Shown here in pieces: positions 1 to 8,054 of a stretch of 64,000 bases of DNA (positions within the stretch are counted from its first letter, which is position 1; every line of letters starts with the position of its first letter). Source of the DNA: Vagococcus sp. (GTDB lineage: Bacteria; Bacillota; Bacilli; Lactobacillales; Vagococcaceae); contig NZ_JAVWHO010000004.1 in the NCBI RefSeq assembly GCF_036639995.1, positions 4,045 to 68,044 on the forward strand. The letters are read 5' to 3'. The notes under the pieces are model-generated. The model was not told the DNA's origin, ran no database searches, and saw only the letters and a program-made list of their open reading frames with translations. The translations under genes and the position numbers were made by a program.

Positions 1-301
1 CTAAAAAGAGCATCCAGATATTAGGAATAAGTCTTACCCCAAAACCAGCAATTAAAACAAGTAAACTCATTAATATAGTTCTTTCTATACCAAACTTTTT
101 CGCTAGTTTTGGAGCTAAAGGTGAAATAATAGCAAAAGATAATAAGGGAATCGTTGTAATTAAGCCAGATTGAGCTCCAGATAATTGTAAATCCTCAGCA
201 ATAATGCCGATAAGTGGGCCAACAGATGTAATGGGCGCTCTTAAATTTGTTGCAACTAGGATAATTCCTAGTAATAAGATATAATTCATTTTCTTTTTCA
301 C
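1..301 (-). CDS. CynX/NimT-family MFS transporter, N-terminal part (runs off the window edge; missed by the ORF track)
   Basis: Manual translation from GTG at 301 (SD GAAAGGA 7 nt upstream): MKKKMNYILLLGIILVATNLRAPITSVGPLIGIIAEDLQLSGAQSGLITTIPLLSFAIISP. NLRxPITSVGP is the CynX-type TM1 motif; the frame is open to position 1. Confidence 0.85.
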   Translation of the reverse strand, partial: MKKKMNYILLLGIILVATNLRAPITSVGPLIGIIAEDLQLSGAQSGLITTIPLLSFAIISPLAPKLAKKFGIERTILMSLLVLIAGFGVRLIPNIWMLFL

Positions 302-325
302 AAAAAAATCCTTTCTAAAAAAACA

Positions 326-360
326 TATAATATAATACGTGCAACACGTATTATATTATA
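326..360. promoter_or_regulatory. Perfect 16-bp inverted repeat overlapping the predicted MFS promoter (candidate operator or terminator)
   Basis: TATAATATAATACGTG-caa-CACGTATTATATTATA. It overlaps a minus-strand TTGTTA(378-373)-N17-TATAAT(355-350). Confidence 0.6.
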
Positions 361-919
361 TGTTTTGATATTTAACAACTATATTTAAAAAAAGATCTTC
401 TTCTGAAGGATTGATATATTCATGAGCCATGCCGGAATCAAAATTGATACTATCAAAGGTTGATAAATGATATTGTTGTTCACCAACCTTAAGAATTAAA
501 TCACCTTTCATAACAGTAATAATTTCGATTGAACCCTTTGTTTGGTTAATAACTTTGTTAGCACACTTGCCTTTTAGGGAAACTCGAAAAACTTCTATGT
601 TTTCTTCTTGAAAAATAGGTTGAACAACCCAGCCATTATTTAAATCATTAATAAAGTAGCTTTCAGAAAAGCTTGAAATGATGGTTGGTTTTGTTGTGTA
701 TCCAAGTATTTTAGTCAACGGAACACTGAGAGCTTCTGATAATTTCCATAAACTATTTAAAGTTGGATTAGACCGTCCGTTTTCAATGTTACTAATGGTG
801 ATGACACTCACACCAGACTCTTGAGCTAGCTGATCAATTGTTAAGTTTCTTTCTTTTCTCAAATTTCTTAAATCAATGCCAACGTTTTGGATAAGAGAAC
901 TATTTTCTTTATCTGTCAT
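356..919 (-). CDS. XRE-family HTH transcriptional regulator with C-terminal cupin domain
   Basis: N-terminal HTH_3 pattern (LRNLRKERNLTIDQLAQESGVSVITISNIENGRSNPTL) plus cupin motifs (EIITVMKG, GDS-like FDSINFDSGMAHEYIN). Confidence 0.9.
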   Translation of the reverse strand: MTDKENSSLIQNVGIDLRNLRKERNLTIDQLAQESGVSVITISNIENGRSNPTLNSLWKLSEALSVPLTKILGYTTKPTIISSFSESYFINDLNNGWVVQPIFQEENIEVFRVSLKGKCANKVINQTKGSIEIITVMKGDLILKVGEQQYHLSTFDSINFDSGMAHEYINPSEEDLFLNIVVKYQNI

Positions 920-1785
920 TATTCTTTTAAATCTCCTGTATTAATAACGGGTTGTGTTCCTTTATCAGTAATGATTGAAACAAGTAAGTTATTGATTAAT
1001 TGTACTTTTCTGTCGTCATTCAATTCAATATTTTGTTCAGATTGAATTTGTTCTAATGCCATTTGGGTCATAGAGACTGCTCCTTCTACAATGGTTTGGC
1101 GAGCAGAAAGAATCGCCCGAGCTTGTTGTCTTTGTAGCATAGCACTAGCAATTTCAGTTGCGTAAGCCAAATGATTAAGTCTTGTTTCAATAACTTCCAC
1201 ACCAGCAATGGATAAACGCTCTTCAAGTTCTATTTTCAATTTTTCAGAAACTTCTGTAGTATTCCCACGTAAGGTAATATCTTCATCTTCAAAGGTATCG
1301 TAAGGGTACTGTGACGCGATGTGGCGAAGAGCTGTTTCACTTTGAATAGCGACAAAATCACGGTAGTTATCGACAGAGAACAAAGCTTTTGCAGAATCAA
1401 CTACCTTAAAAACAACCACAGCAGAAATTTCGATAGGGTTACCATCAGAATCATTGACTTTTAAAAGTGCTGTGTTGAAGTTTCTTACTTTTAAAGATAA
1501 TGAGATTTTTTGAGTAAGAGGTGTTGTGATAAATAATCCGTTATCTTTAATTGTACCTAAGTACTTACCAAAAAATAAAATGGCTTTTGCTTGGTTAGGA
1601 CCCACAATTGTCAATGAGCTAATGAAAAGAGCTGAGATAATCCAAATTAAAGTGCCAAAAATGGCTGTAGTGAGAGTCTCGTTGATAATGGTTAAGTAAA
1701 AGAGATATCCTCCTGCACCAATCATAGCAAGTAATATAAATAATCCTAAATAACCGTTAATATGAAATGTATTTTTTTCTTCCAT
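919..1785 (-). CDS. SPFH/Band-7 domain membrane protein
   Basis: Two N-terminal TM helices; KVNDSDGNPIEISAVVV and HLAYATEIASAMLQRQQA are typical of the bacterial SPFH family. Its stop overlaps the XRE start (TAATG). Confidence 0.9.
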   Translation of the reverse strand: MEEKNTFHINGYLGLFILLAMIGAGGYLFYLTIINETLTTAIFGTLIWIISALFISSLTIVGPNQAKAILFFGKYLGTIKDNGLFITTPLTQKISLSLKVRNFNTALLKVNDSDGNPIEISAVVVFKVVDSAKALFSVDNYRDFVAIQSETALRHIASQYPYDTFEDEDITLRGNTTEVSEKLKIELEERLSIAGVEVIETRLNHLAYATEIASAMLQRQQARAILSARQTIVEGAVSMTQMALEQIQSEQNIELNDDRKVQLINNLLVSIITDKGTQPVINTGDLKE

Positions 1786-1858
1786 GTTGAACCACTTCCT
1801 TTATAGTTATAGCGTTAGTATAATACAACTAGTAATAAAAAAATAGGAGGTTATACAG

Positions 1859-2224
1859 ATGAATCAACTATATTTCATTAAACCAAGTAATCAATCAACA
1901 GAAATTTTAATAGACATTAGCTATTTTATAGAGGGTGCTTATAGTTTTTTATTTGAAGATGTTACTATTTTTTCAACAGGGGATGTTAATGATATTAATA
2001 TGCTTAAGGAGTGTCTGGCACAATCTGATTTGATTATTTTAAATGGAGAAATGGATAGAAGGAGTTATTTTGAATTGGGTCTTTGTAGTGGACTAGGAAA
2101 AGATATATATGTGATGGACGATAGTTTAACATTTGATAGTAAAGAGTTGGCATTAGAAATGGATATCAAGATAAAAGTCATCTCCTTTACTGAATTTATT
2201 GAAATGGTTAATACGGATGAATAA
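1859..2224 (+). CDS. Hypothetical protein with nucleoside 2-deoxyribosyltransferase-like motif
   Basis: Good SD (AGGAGG). The segment SDLIILNGEMDRRSYFELGLCSGLGKDIYV resembles the sD-x-D-x-E.G.A...gK.v NDT/DNPH1 pattern. Confidence 0.55.
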   Translation: MNQLYFIKPSNQSTEILIDISYFIEGAYSFLFEDVTIFSTGDVNDINMLKECLAQSDLIILNGEMDRRSYFELGLCSGLGKDIYVMDDSLTFDSKELALEMDIKIKVISFTEFIEMVNTDE

Positions 2225-2227
2225 AAT

Positions 2228-2253
2228 AAAAAAGCTAAAAATTTAGCTTTTTT
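2228..2253. terminator. Bidirectional intrinsic terminator
   Basis: AAAAAAGCTAAA-aa-TTTAGCTTTTTT between convergent genes. Confidence 0.7.
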
Positions 2254-3580
2254 GTTTCTTATAAAATAAATAACCTGACAAACAAAAGAACGAACAAATG
2301 CCAAAAAAGATAGTCATAGAAGCGGGATTTGAAGAAAAACCACCTAAAATGATAATTAAACCGCCAATCAATGCGAGGATAGGTGAAATAATCCCGGTAA
2401 AGAAGTTATGAATCACTTTTTGTTTATAGAGCATCATCACTTTAATATATAAAATACTGTAAAAAAGATAACCAAAAACAATAGCAATTTCACTAATGTC
2501 ACCAGTTTTTATTAAGCCAAATTTTTGTGTAATATAATGAATAAAGAACCAAAATATACCACAGAAAAGACCAATCATTGCTGAATAATTGTTAAAAATC
2601 CCTTTGTTATTCTGAATCACTTTTTTGGAGGAAGGAATCATTTCTTTAGTTGCTAAGGCATAAGGCATTCTAATGTGCCCAAGAGATACCCCGTTAACAA
2701 CACCAAGCATCGAAATTAAAATAAACACGAGAATAACGACTTCTCCACTTTTACCTAAGAGTAGATTACCAATAGTCATAACAGCGCCATCTCCCATTGA
2801 AAGAATATATTCAGGTCCAAGTATTTTATTCATTCCAAGAAAATAAGATAGATAAACAAAAAGGACGATAATAGGCGCGATGGTTAAAGCCAAAGGCATA
2901 TTTTTCTTTGGATTTTTTACCTCATCAGAAATACTTAAGGAAATCGCCCATCCGTCATAAGAAAAGGCGGTTGGAGCAAGTGCTGCAAGCCATCCCATCC
3001 CCACATTGGTTAGATGAATGGGCTCAACGTTTGCAGGTATTTCTGGTTGTGGCTGTTTAAAGAAAATTGCGACAATTCCAACACCAATTAAGGGAATTAA
3101 TTTCACTACAGAGGAAATAACTTGAAATTGACCACCTAATTTACTTGAAATAATATTCATCAGATAGAAAAATAAAAGATAGATAAAACCAATCCCCATT
3201 TGTAAATCTAAATTATCTGGTAACCCAAAAAGTAAACAAGTATAGATACCTGCTGCCCATGCGACAACAACTGCAATTGTTGGGTAATAAAGAAATGTTT
3301 GAAACCAACCAACAGCACAAGCTATAGATTGAGAATAAAAATCTTCAAAGTACCCGACCATACCGCCGCTTTTATTTGAGATAGCTGCTAAATTTGATAA
3401 TGAGATACTACCAAAAATGATACTAAACGCTCCGATAATAAAAACAAGAGCACCAAGAAAGACGTTGCCACCAGTAAATGTCAAAATATCATCAACTTTA
3501 AAGAAAATACCCGATCCTACACAAATACCAACAATCATTGCGGTTGCGGTAGAGAGACCGTAAGACTTATTTTCGTTAAT
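2243..3580 (-). CDS. APC-family amino acid permease; probable non-canonical ATT start at 3580 (first ATG at 3538)
   Basis: TM1 motif YGLSTATAMIVGICVGSGIFFK and FSYDGW. GGGGAGG-N7-ATT lies upstream, in frame, with no ATG/GTG/TTG before the in-frame stop at 3598-3596. Confidence 0.9.
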   Translation of the reverse strand: MNENKSYGLSTATAMIVGICVGSGIFFKVDDILTFTGGNVFLGALVFIIGAFSIIFGSISLSNLAAISNKSGGMVGYFEDFYSQSIACAVGWFQTFLYYPTIAVVVAWAAGIYTCLLFGLPDNLDLQMGIGFIYLLFFYLMNIISSKLGGQFQVISSVVKLIPLIGVGIVAIFFKQPQPEIPANVEPIHLTNVGMGWLAALAPTAFSYDGWAISLSISDEVKNPKKNMPLALTIAPIIVLFVYLSYFLGMNKILGPEYILSMGDGAVMTIGNLLLGKSGEVVILVFILISMLGVVNGVSLGHIRMPYALATKEMIPSSKKVIQNNKGIFNNYSAMIGLFCGIFWFFIHYITQKFGLIKTGDISEIAIVFGYLFYSILYIKVMMLYKQKVIHNFFTGIISPILALIGGLIIILGGFSSNPASMTIFFGICSFFCLSGYLFYKKQKS

Positions 3581-3777
3581 AAAAAAACCTCCCCTTTAAA
3601 TAATCATATATGACAATATACCATGAATTAAAATGATAGGAAATAAAAATTTTAGCTTAAGTCAACAAGTTAACACTTTGGATGATAAATAATAAATAAT
3701 CATCTCAATCTGTTCACAAAAACTTCTATATGGTAAAATATAATAATGAATGAATCAAAAATGAGAGAAGTGAATCC

Positions 3778-4335
3778 ATGAGTAAAAAAGAATTTATAAG
3801 TAATGTTGTCTGGTTTGGTGGTTTGGTCATCATTCTCTTACTACTTAGAATGTTTATTTTTTCACCTACTAATGTTTCTGGTAACTCAATGAACCCAACT
3901 ATGGTGGATAGAGAAAGAGTTATTGCTTTGAAACAATCTGAAGTCGAACGATTTGATATTGTTACTTTCCCAGCTCCAGATAACCCAAGTAAGAATTATA
4001 TAAAACGTGTTATTGGTATGCCAGGTGATACGATTAAATTTAAAGATGATCAATTGTATATTAATGATAAAAAATACAATGAACCGTATTTAGATGAGTA
4101 TAAGAATAACCCAACTGATATTCAAGTACCTTACGGATTACCTTTAACGCAAGATTTTTCAATGGAAGAGTTATTAGGTGAGAAAAAAGTTCCAGAAGGT
4201 CACTTTTTTGTTATGGGAGATAATCGACAAAATTCAAAAGACAGCCGAATGGTAGGTTTTATTAAAAAAGATGACATTTTAGGTAACGTAAAAGTTTCCT
4301 ATTGGCCACCATCAAAATGGGGTACAGTGAAGTAA
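3778..4335 (+). CDS. lepB: Signal peptidase I
   Basis: Single N-terminal TM; catalytic Ser box VSGNSMNPT, Lys box YIKRVIGMPGD, and GDNRQNSKDSR. Confidence 0.96.
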   Translation: MSKKEFISNVVWFGGLVIILLLLRMFIFSPTNVSGNSMNPTMVDRERVIALKQSEVERFDIVTFPAPDNPSKNYIKRVIGMPGDTIKFKDDQLYINDKKYNEPYLDEYKNNPTDIQVPYGLPLTQDFSMEELLGEKKVPEGHFFVMGDNRQNSKDSRMVGFIKKDDILGNVKVSYWPPSKWGTVK

Positions 4336-4361
4336 AGCATGGAGAAATCCATGCTTTTTTT
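4334..4361 (+). terminator. Intrinsic terminator after the signal peptidase
   Basis: AAAGCATGGA-gaaa-TCCATGCTTT followed by a T-run. Confidence 0.8.
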
Positions 4362-4373
4362 GTTATATGGATA

Positions 4374-4402
4374 TTTACTTAGCGAACGTAAATTCGTATA
4401 AT
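4374..4402 (+). promoter_or_regulatory. sigma-A-type promoter upstream of addB with a LexA (SOS/Cheo)-like box in the spacer
   Basis: TTTACT(4374-4379)-N17-TATAAT(4397-4402). CGAACGTAAATTCG at 4383-4396 matches 12/14 of CGAACRNRYGTTYG. Confidence 0.6.
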
Positions 4403-4499
4403 AATTCTATGAGGTAGAAAAAATAAAGGTCTTCCATCTGAAAATTAATCTAGTTATGATAAACTAGACCTACTATTAAAGTAAGAAAGGTATGAGGTT

Positions 4500-7400
4500 G
4501 TGAGTATTCAATTTATTATTGGTCCAGCAGGTGCTAATCACACAAAAGAATTAATCGCGCAATCTAATGCGTGGTTAGAAGAATCAGCTGCTCATGAAGT
4601 TTTTTATTTAGTTCCTAACCATGTTAAATTTGAAACAGAAATTAATGTTTTAAACGAGTTATCAACACTACCTCGTTATAAAGATTGGGAACACATGGTA
4701 AGTATGAGACTACAAGTTTTTAGCTTTTCAAGACTTGCTTGGTTCTTTTTACAAAACACAGAAAAATATCAAAAACAAAAACTGTCTGATTCTGGAAAAT
4801 ATATGGTTTTGAGACAGGTCTTAATAGAAATTGAATCTGAGTTAAAATTGTTTAAACAAGAAATCAATAAACCTGGATTTGTGGAGCAACTCATCGAGAT
4901 TTTCGATGAATTACAAGAGGGGTCCGTTTTATCAGAGGATTTAGGAGCAGCATTAACATTGTCAGGAGAAGGCAATGTGGATGAAGATTTGAACGTTAAA
5001 TTTAAAGATATTCAGTTGATTTTTGATGCTTATTCAAAAAAATTAATTGAGTTGAACTGCGATGGACATGATTTATTAATGTCACTATCCGAATTTTTAA
5101 TTAATAAAGAATTGAAGAATATTATGTTTGTTATTTCTGGTTTCACCAATTTTACAGCCGTTGAAAAACAGTTAATCGAGCAACTGATGCTTGTGTCAGG
5201 TAATTTTAAAATAGCTTTGGTTCTTGATCAAAAATATACGCAAAAGGCACCTGAATCTTTGGATTTATTTTTTAATACAGGTGTTTTATATCAAGAATTA
5301 CTTTTTTTAGCTCAATCAAATGGTCTACCTGTATTAGTTGATAAAAAAGTAGATATTGAGTCAAATCAGGCCATGGGAGTGATAGATACGGTTTGGCAAA
5401 ATGCACACAAATCGGTAAAAAAATCTGTTTCTATTGGTAAATTAGATGGCGCACTTGAAATTTGGCAATGCAGTAATCCTTATACAGAAGTGATGTCTAT
5501 TGCTAAAAAAATTCGTCAACTTGTGACAAATGAAGGGTACCGATATCAAGATATTGTTGTTCTAACTCGCGATGTTGAGAGATATCAACAAGTAGCAGCT
5601 CCTATTTTTACTGCAAATGATATTCCTTTTTACATTAATCAAGAAGAAAAAATGAAACATCATCCATTGGTAGACTTTATTCAATCACTTTTTAATATGC
5701 ACCAACATTTTTATCAATACCGTGATGTTCTTCGTTTTTTAAGATCAGAATTATTTTTCCCTGAGAATGTAACAATTGAAACAACTAACAGCTGGGAAAA
5801 ACAGATGTCAGATTTTAGACAACGCATAGATTATACAGAAAATGTTGTTTTAGCTTATGGTTATAGCGGTGTGGACTGGATAAAATCAAAAGACTGGAAA
5901 TATGTTAATTATCATTACGACTCAGAAGAAGTGAACAATGATTCAGATCAAGTGATTCAAGAAAAATCTAATAGTATTCGTCGATTAATTAAAGAAACTA
6001 TTGCCCCTTTTTTTAAAAAACTTGAAGCTGTTTCATTAGGTAAAGAGGCAAGTCTTTTGTTTTATGACTTTTTAATTGATGCAGGTGTTGAAAAACAACT
6101 TTTATTTATGAGAGACCAAGAGTTATCACGGGGAAATTTAGTTAAAGCAAGAAATCATGAGCAGACATGGCAGTCTTTGATCACGTTATTAGATGAATAT
6201 ACGGAACTTATGGGAGAGTTAGCGTTTGATTTGAATGAATTTTCTCAAGTATTGAAAACTGGTTTAGAAGGGTTATCATACAGTAAGGTTCCTACAACTA
6301 TTGATCAGTTAGTGATAACATCAATGGATTTAGTTCGTGCTAAAAAAAGTAAGGTAACATTTATTATTGGAGCAACAGATCAAGAATTACCAAGAAAAAT
6401 TGAAAACAAGACACTACTAACAGATGAAGAACGTGCTTTTCTAAAAGAAACATTACCAGATGATAAATTTCTAAAAAGAGATTTAACAAAAGATAATGCA
6501 AAAGAACCTTTTGTCTTTTATTTATCTTTGATGTCGGCGACTGATAAAATGATTATTTCTTATCCAAGAAATAGTGAAGCAAGTAAAGAATTAAAAATCT
6601 CTCCTTATCTAGAAGTATTAAAAAACCAATTGAGAATAGAGGAGAAAATATTCTCCCAAGGGTTTGATTTAACAAAAGAAGTTTCTCTTACGGATTTTTC
6701 AACGGATGATGTTTTACTTAGTCAATGGGTTAGATTTAAGCGAGACTTACTTGATGAAAAATATCCGATCCCTTGGCTGTTTACTCAACTAGAAAATCGC
6801 TTATTGAAAAAACAAGAGGTTAAAACTAAACGTTTATTATCAAGTTTAGCCCATCAAAATATCCCAGAAAATCTTAATCAAGTGTCTGTTGAAAAACTAT
6901 ATGGGGATACTGTGTATGCTTCCGTTTCTAAAATCGAAAATTTTTATAAATGTCAGTACAAATATTTTTTAATGTATGGTTTAGGTTTAAAAGAAAGAGA
7001 TCAATTTGAACTCTCACCAGCTGCTACGGGAGACTTTTATCATGAATCTTTAGATCTTTTCTTTAAAGAATTGGTTCAAAGAAAACTAGTTCTAAGTCAG
7101 TTATCAAAAGGTGAAATTAAAGAGTTAACACAGGCTGTTTTAGTGAAGGTTCTTGGTGAGGATAAATTTGCTATTTTAAATACAACCAATCGAATGAACT
7201 ATATTAAATACCAGCTAGAAAAAACGATTCAGCGTGTGAGTTGGTCTTTAAAGCGTCAGAGTGAGCGGAGTAATATGGATGTTATTCAAACTGAAGTTTT
7301 ATTTGGTCAAGCACTTCAGGAAAAAGGGTTAGATAGTTTAGATTTTGAGTTAATGAATCAAAAAAAATTAAAAGTTCGAGGGAAAATTGATCGAATAGAT

Positions 7401-8054
7401 CAAATGAAAATTGATGAAGATATTTATCTCTCTGTTATTGACTATAAATCTAGTAAACATAATTTTGATTTTGTCGATGCGTATTACGGTTTAGCGTTAC
7501 AGATGATAACTTATTTAGATGTGGCGTTAAAAAATGCGGTTAATTTAGTCGGTGAAAAAGCAAAAGCAGCTGGTGCTTTTCATATGCACGTTCAAAATCC
7601 AGTGTTAACTGGCTCTGAAAAGTTAACCGAAGAGTCACTTGATGAGGAAATGCTAAAAGCGTTTAAATACGATGGTTTACTTATCAAAGAAGAAAAAGTG
7701 TTAGAAAAATTAGATAAAACAATTGATTTAGGGGTTAAATCTAGTGTGTATCCTTATGAGCAATTAAAAAAAGGAACCATGAAGTCAGCAAAATTTGTTT
7801 CTGAAACGGAATTAGATTGGTTAATAGAGAATAATCAAAAGAAATATAACGACGCTGGTGAGGCTATTTTTAATGGTGAAACCAAATTGAATCCTGCGTA
7901 TAAAGGACAAACAAGAATTGCTTGCGAGTATTGTCCTTTTAGAAGTGTTTGTCAATTTGATGTGATGCTAAAAGAAAACAATTATCACCGCATTGATCCA
8001 ATAGATAAAGAAGAAATGATGAAGATGAAACCGGAGGAAAACGAAGATGAGTAA
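4500..8054 (+). CDS. addB: ATP-dependent helicase/nuclease subunit B (AddB/RexB)
   Basis: C-terminal PD-(D/E)XK nuclease (RGKIDRID..VIDYKSS); Fe-S cysteines (KCQY...CEYCPFRSVC); degenerate Walker A (GPAGANHT); overlaps addA. Confidence 0.96.
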   Translation: MSIQFIIGPAGANHTKELIAQSNAWLEESAAHEVFYLVPNHVKFETEINVLNELSTLPRYKDWEHMVSMRLQVFSFSRLAWFFLQNTEKYQKQKLSDSGKYMVLRQVLIEIESELKLFKQEINKPGFVEQLIEIFDELQEGSVLSEDLGAALTLSGEGNVDEDLNVKFKDIQLIFDAYSKKLIELNCDGHDLLMSLSEFLINKELKNIMFVISGFTNFTAVEKQLIEQLMLVSGNFKIALVLDQKYTQKAPESLDLFFNTGVLYQELLFLAQSNGLPVLVDKKVDIESNQAMGVIDTVWQNAHKSVKKSVSIGKLDGALEIWQCSNPYTEVMSIAKKIRQLVTNEGYRYQDIVVLTRDVERYQQVAAPIFTANDIPFYINQEEKMKHHPLVDFIQSLFNMHQHFYQYRDVLRFLRSELFFPENVTIETTNSWEKQMSDFRQRIDYTENVVLAYGYSGVDWIKSKDWKYVNYHYDSEEVNNDSDQVIQEKSNSIRRLIKETIAPFFKKLEAVSLGKEASLLFYDFLIDAGVEKQLLFMRDQELSRGNLVKARNHEQTWQSLITLLDEYTELMGELAFDLNEFSQVLKTGLEGLSYSKVPTTIDQLVITSMDLVRAKKSKVTFIIGATDQELPRKIENKTLLTDEERAFLKETLPDDKFLKRDLTKDNAKEPFVFYLSLMSATDKMIISYPRNSEASKELKISPYLEVLKNQLRIEEKIFSQGFDLTKEVSLTDFSTDDVLLSQWVRFKRDLLDEKYPIPWLFTQLENRLLKKQEVKTKRLLSSLAHQNIPENLNQVSVEKLYGDTVYASVSKIENFYKCQYKYFLMYGLGLKERDQFELSPAATGDFYHESLDLFFKELVQRKLVLSQLSKGEIKELTQAVLVKVLGEDKFAILNTTNRMNYIKYQLEKTIQRVSWSLKRQSERSNMDVIQTEVLFGQALQEKGLDSLDFELMNQKKLKVRGKIDRIDQMKIDEDIYLSVIDYKSSKHNFDFVDAYYGLALQMITYLDVALKNAVNLVGEKAKAAGAFHMHVQNPVLTGSEKLTEESLDEEMLKAFKYDGLLIKEEKVLEKLDKTIDLGVKSSVYPYEQLKKGTMKSAKFVSETELDWLIENNQKKYNDAGEAIFNGETKLNPAYKGQTRIACEYCPFRSVCQFDVMLKENNYHRIDPIDKEEMMKMKPEENEDE

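Noticed and set aside
2065-2304. 79-aa minus-strand ORF
   Set aside because: Antisense to the NDT-like gene and spans a terminator; no SD or family features.
4769-4975. Short antisense or out-of-frame ORFs inside long genes (also 14973, 17862, 18537, 19056, 19347, 21540, 25743, 27118, 27249, 28582, 28805, 32435, 33914-35583, 35990, 37493, 37717, 39800, 45054, 47122, 50303, 50307, 50975, 52284, 53605, 55190, 55675, 57465, 59021, 59506, 61693, 62854, 62962)
   Set aside because: They overlap well-supported genes, lack SD sequences and protein-like motifs, and are expected shadow ORFs.
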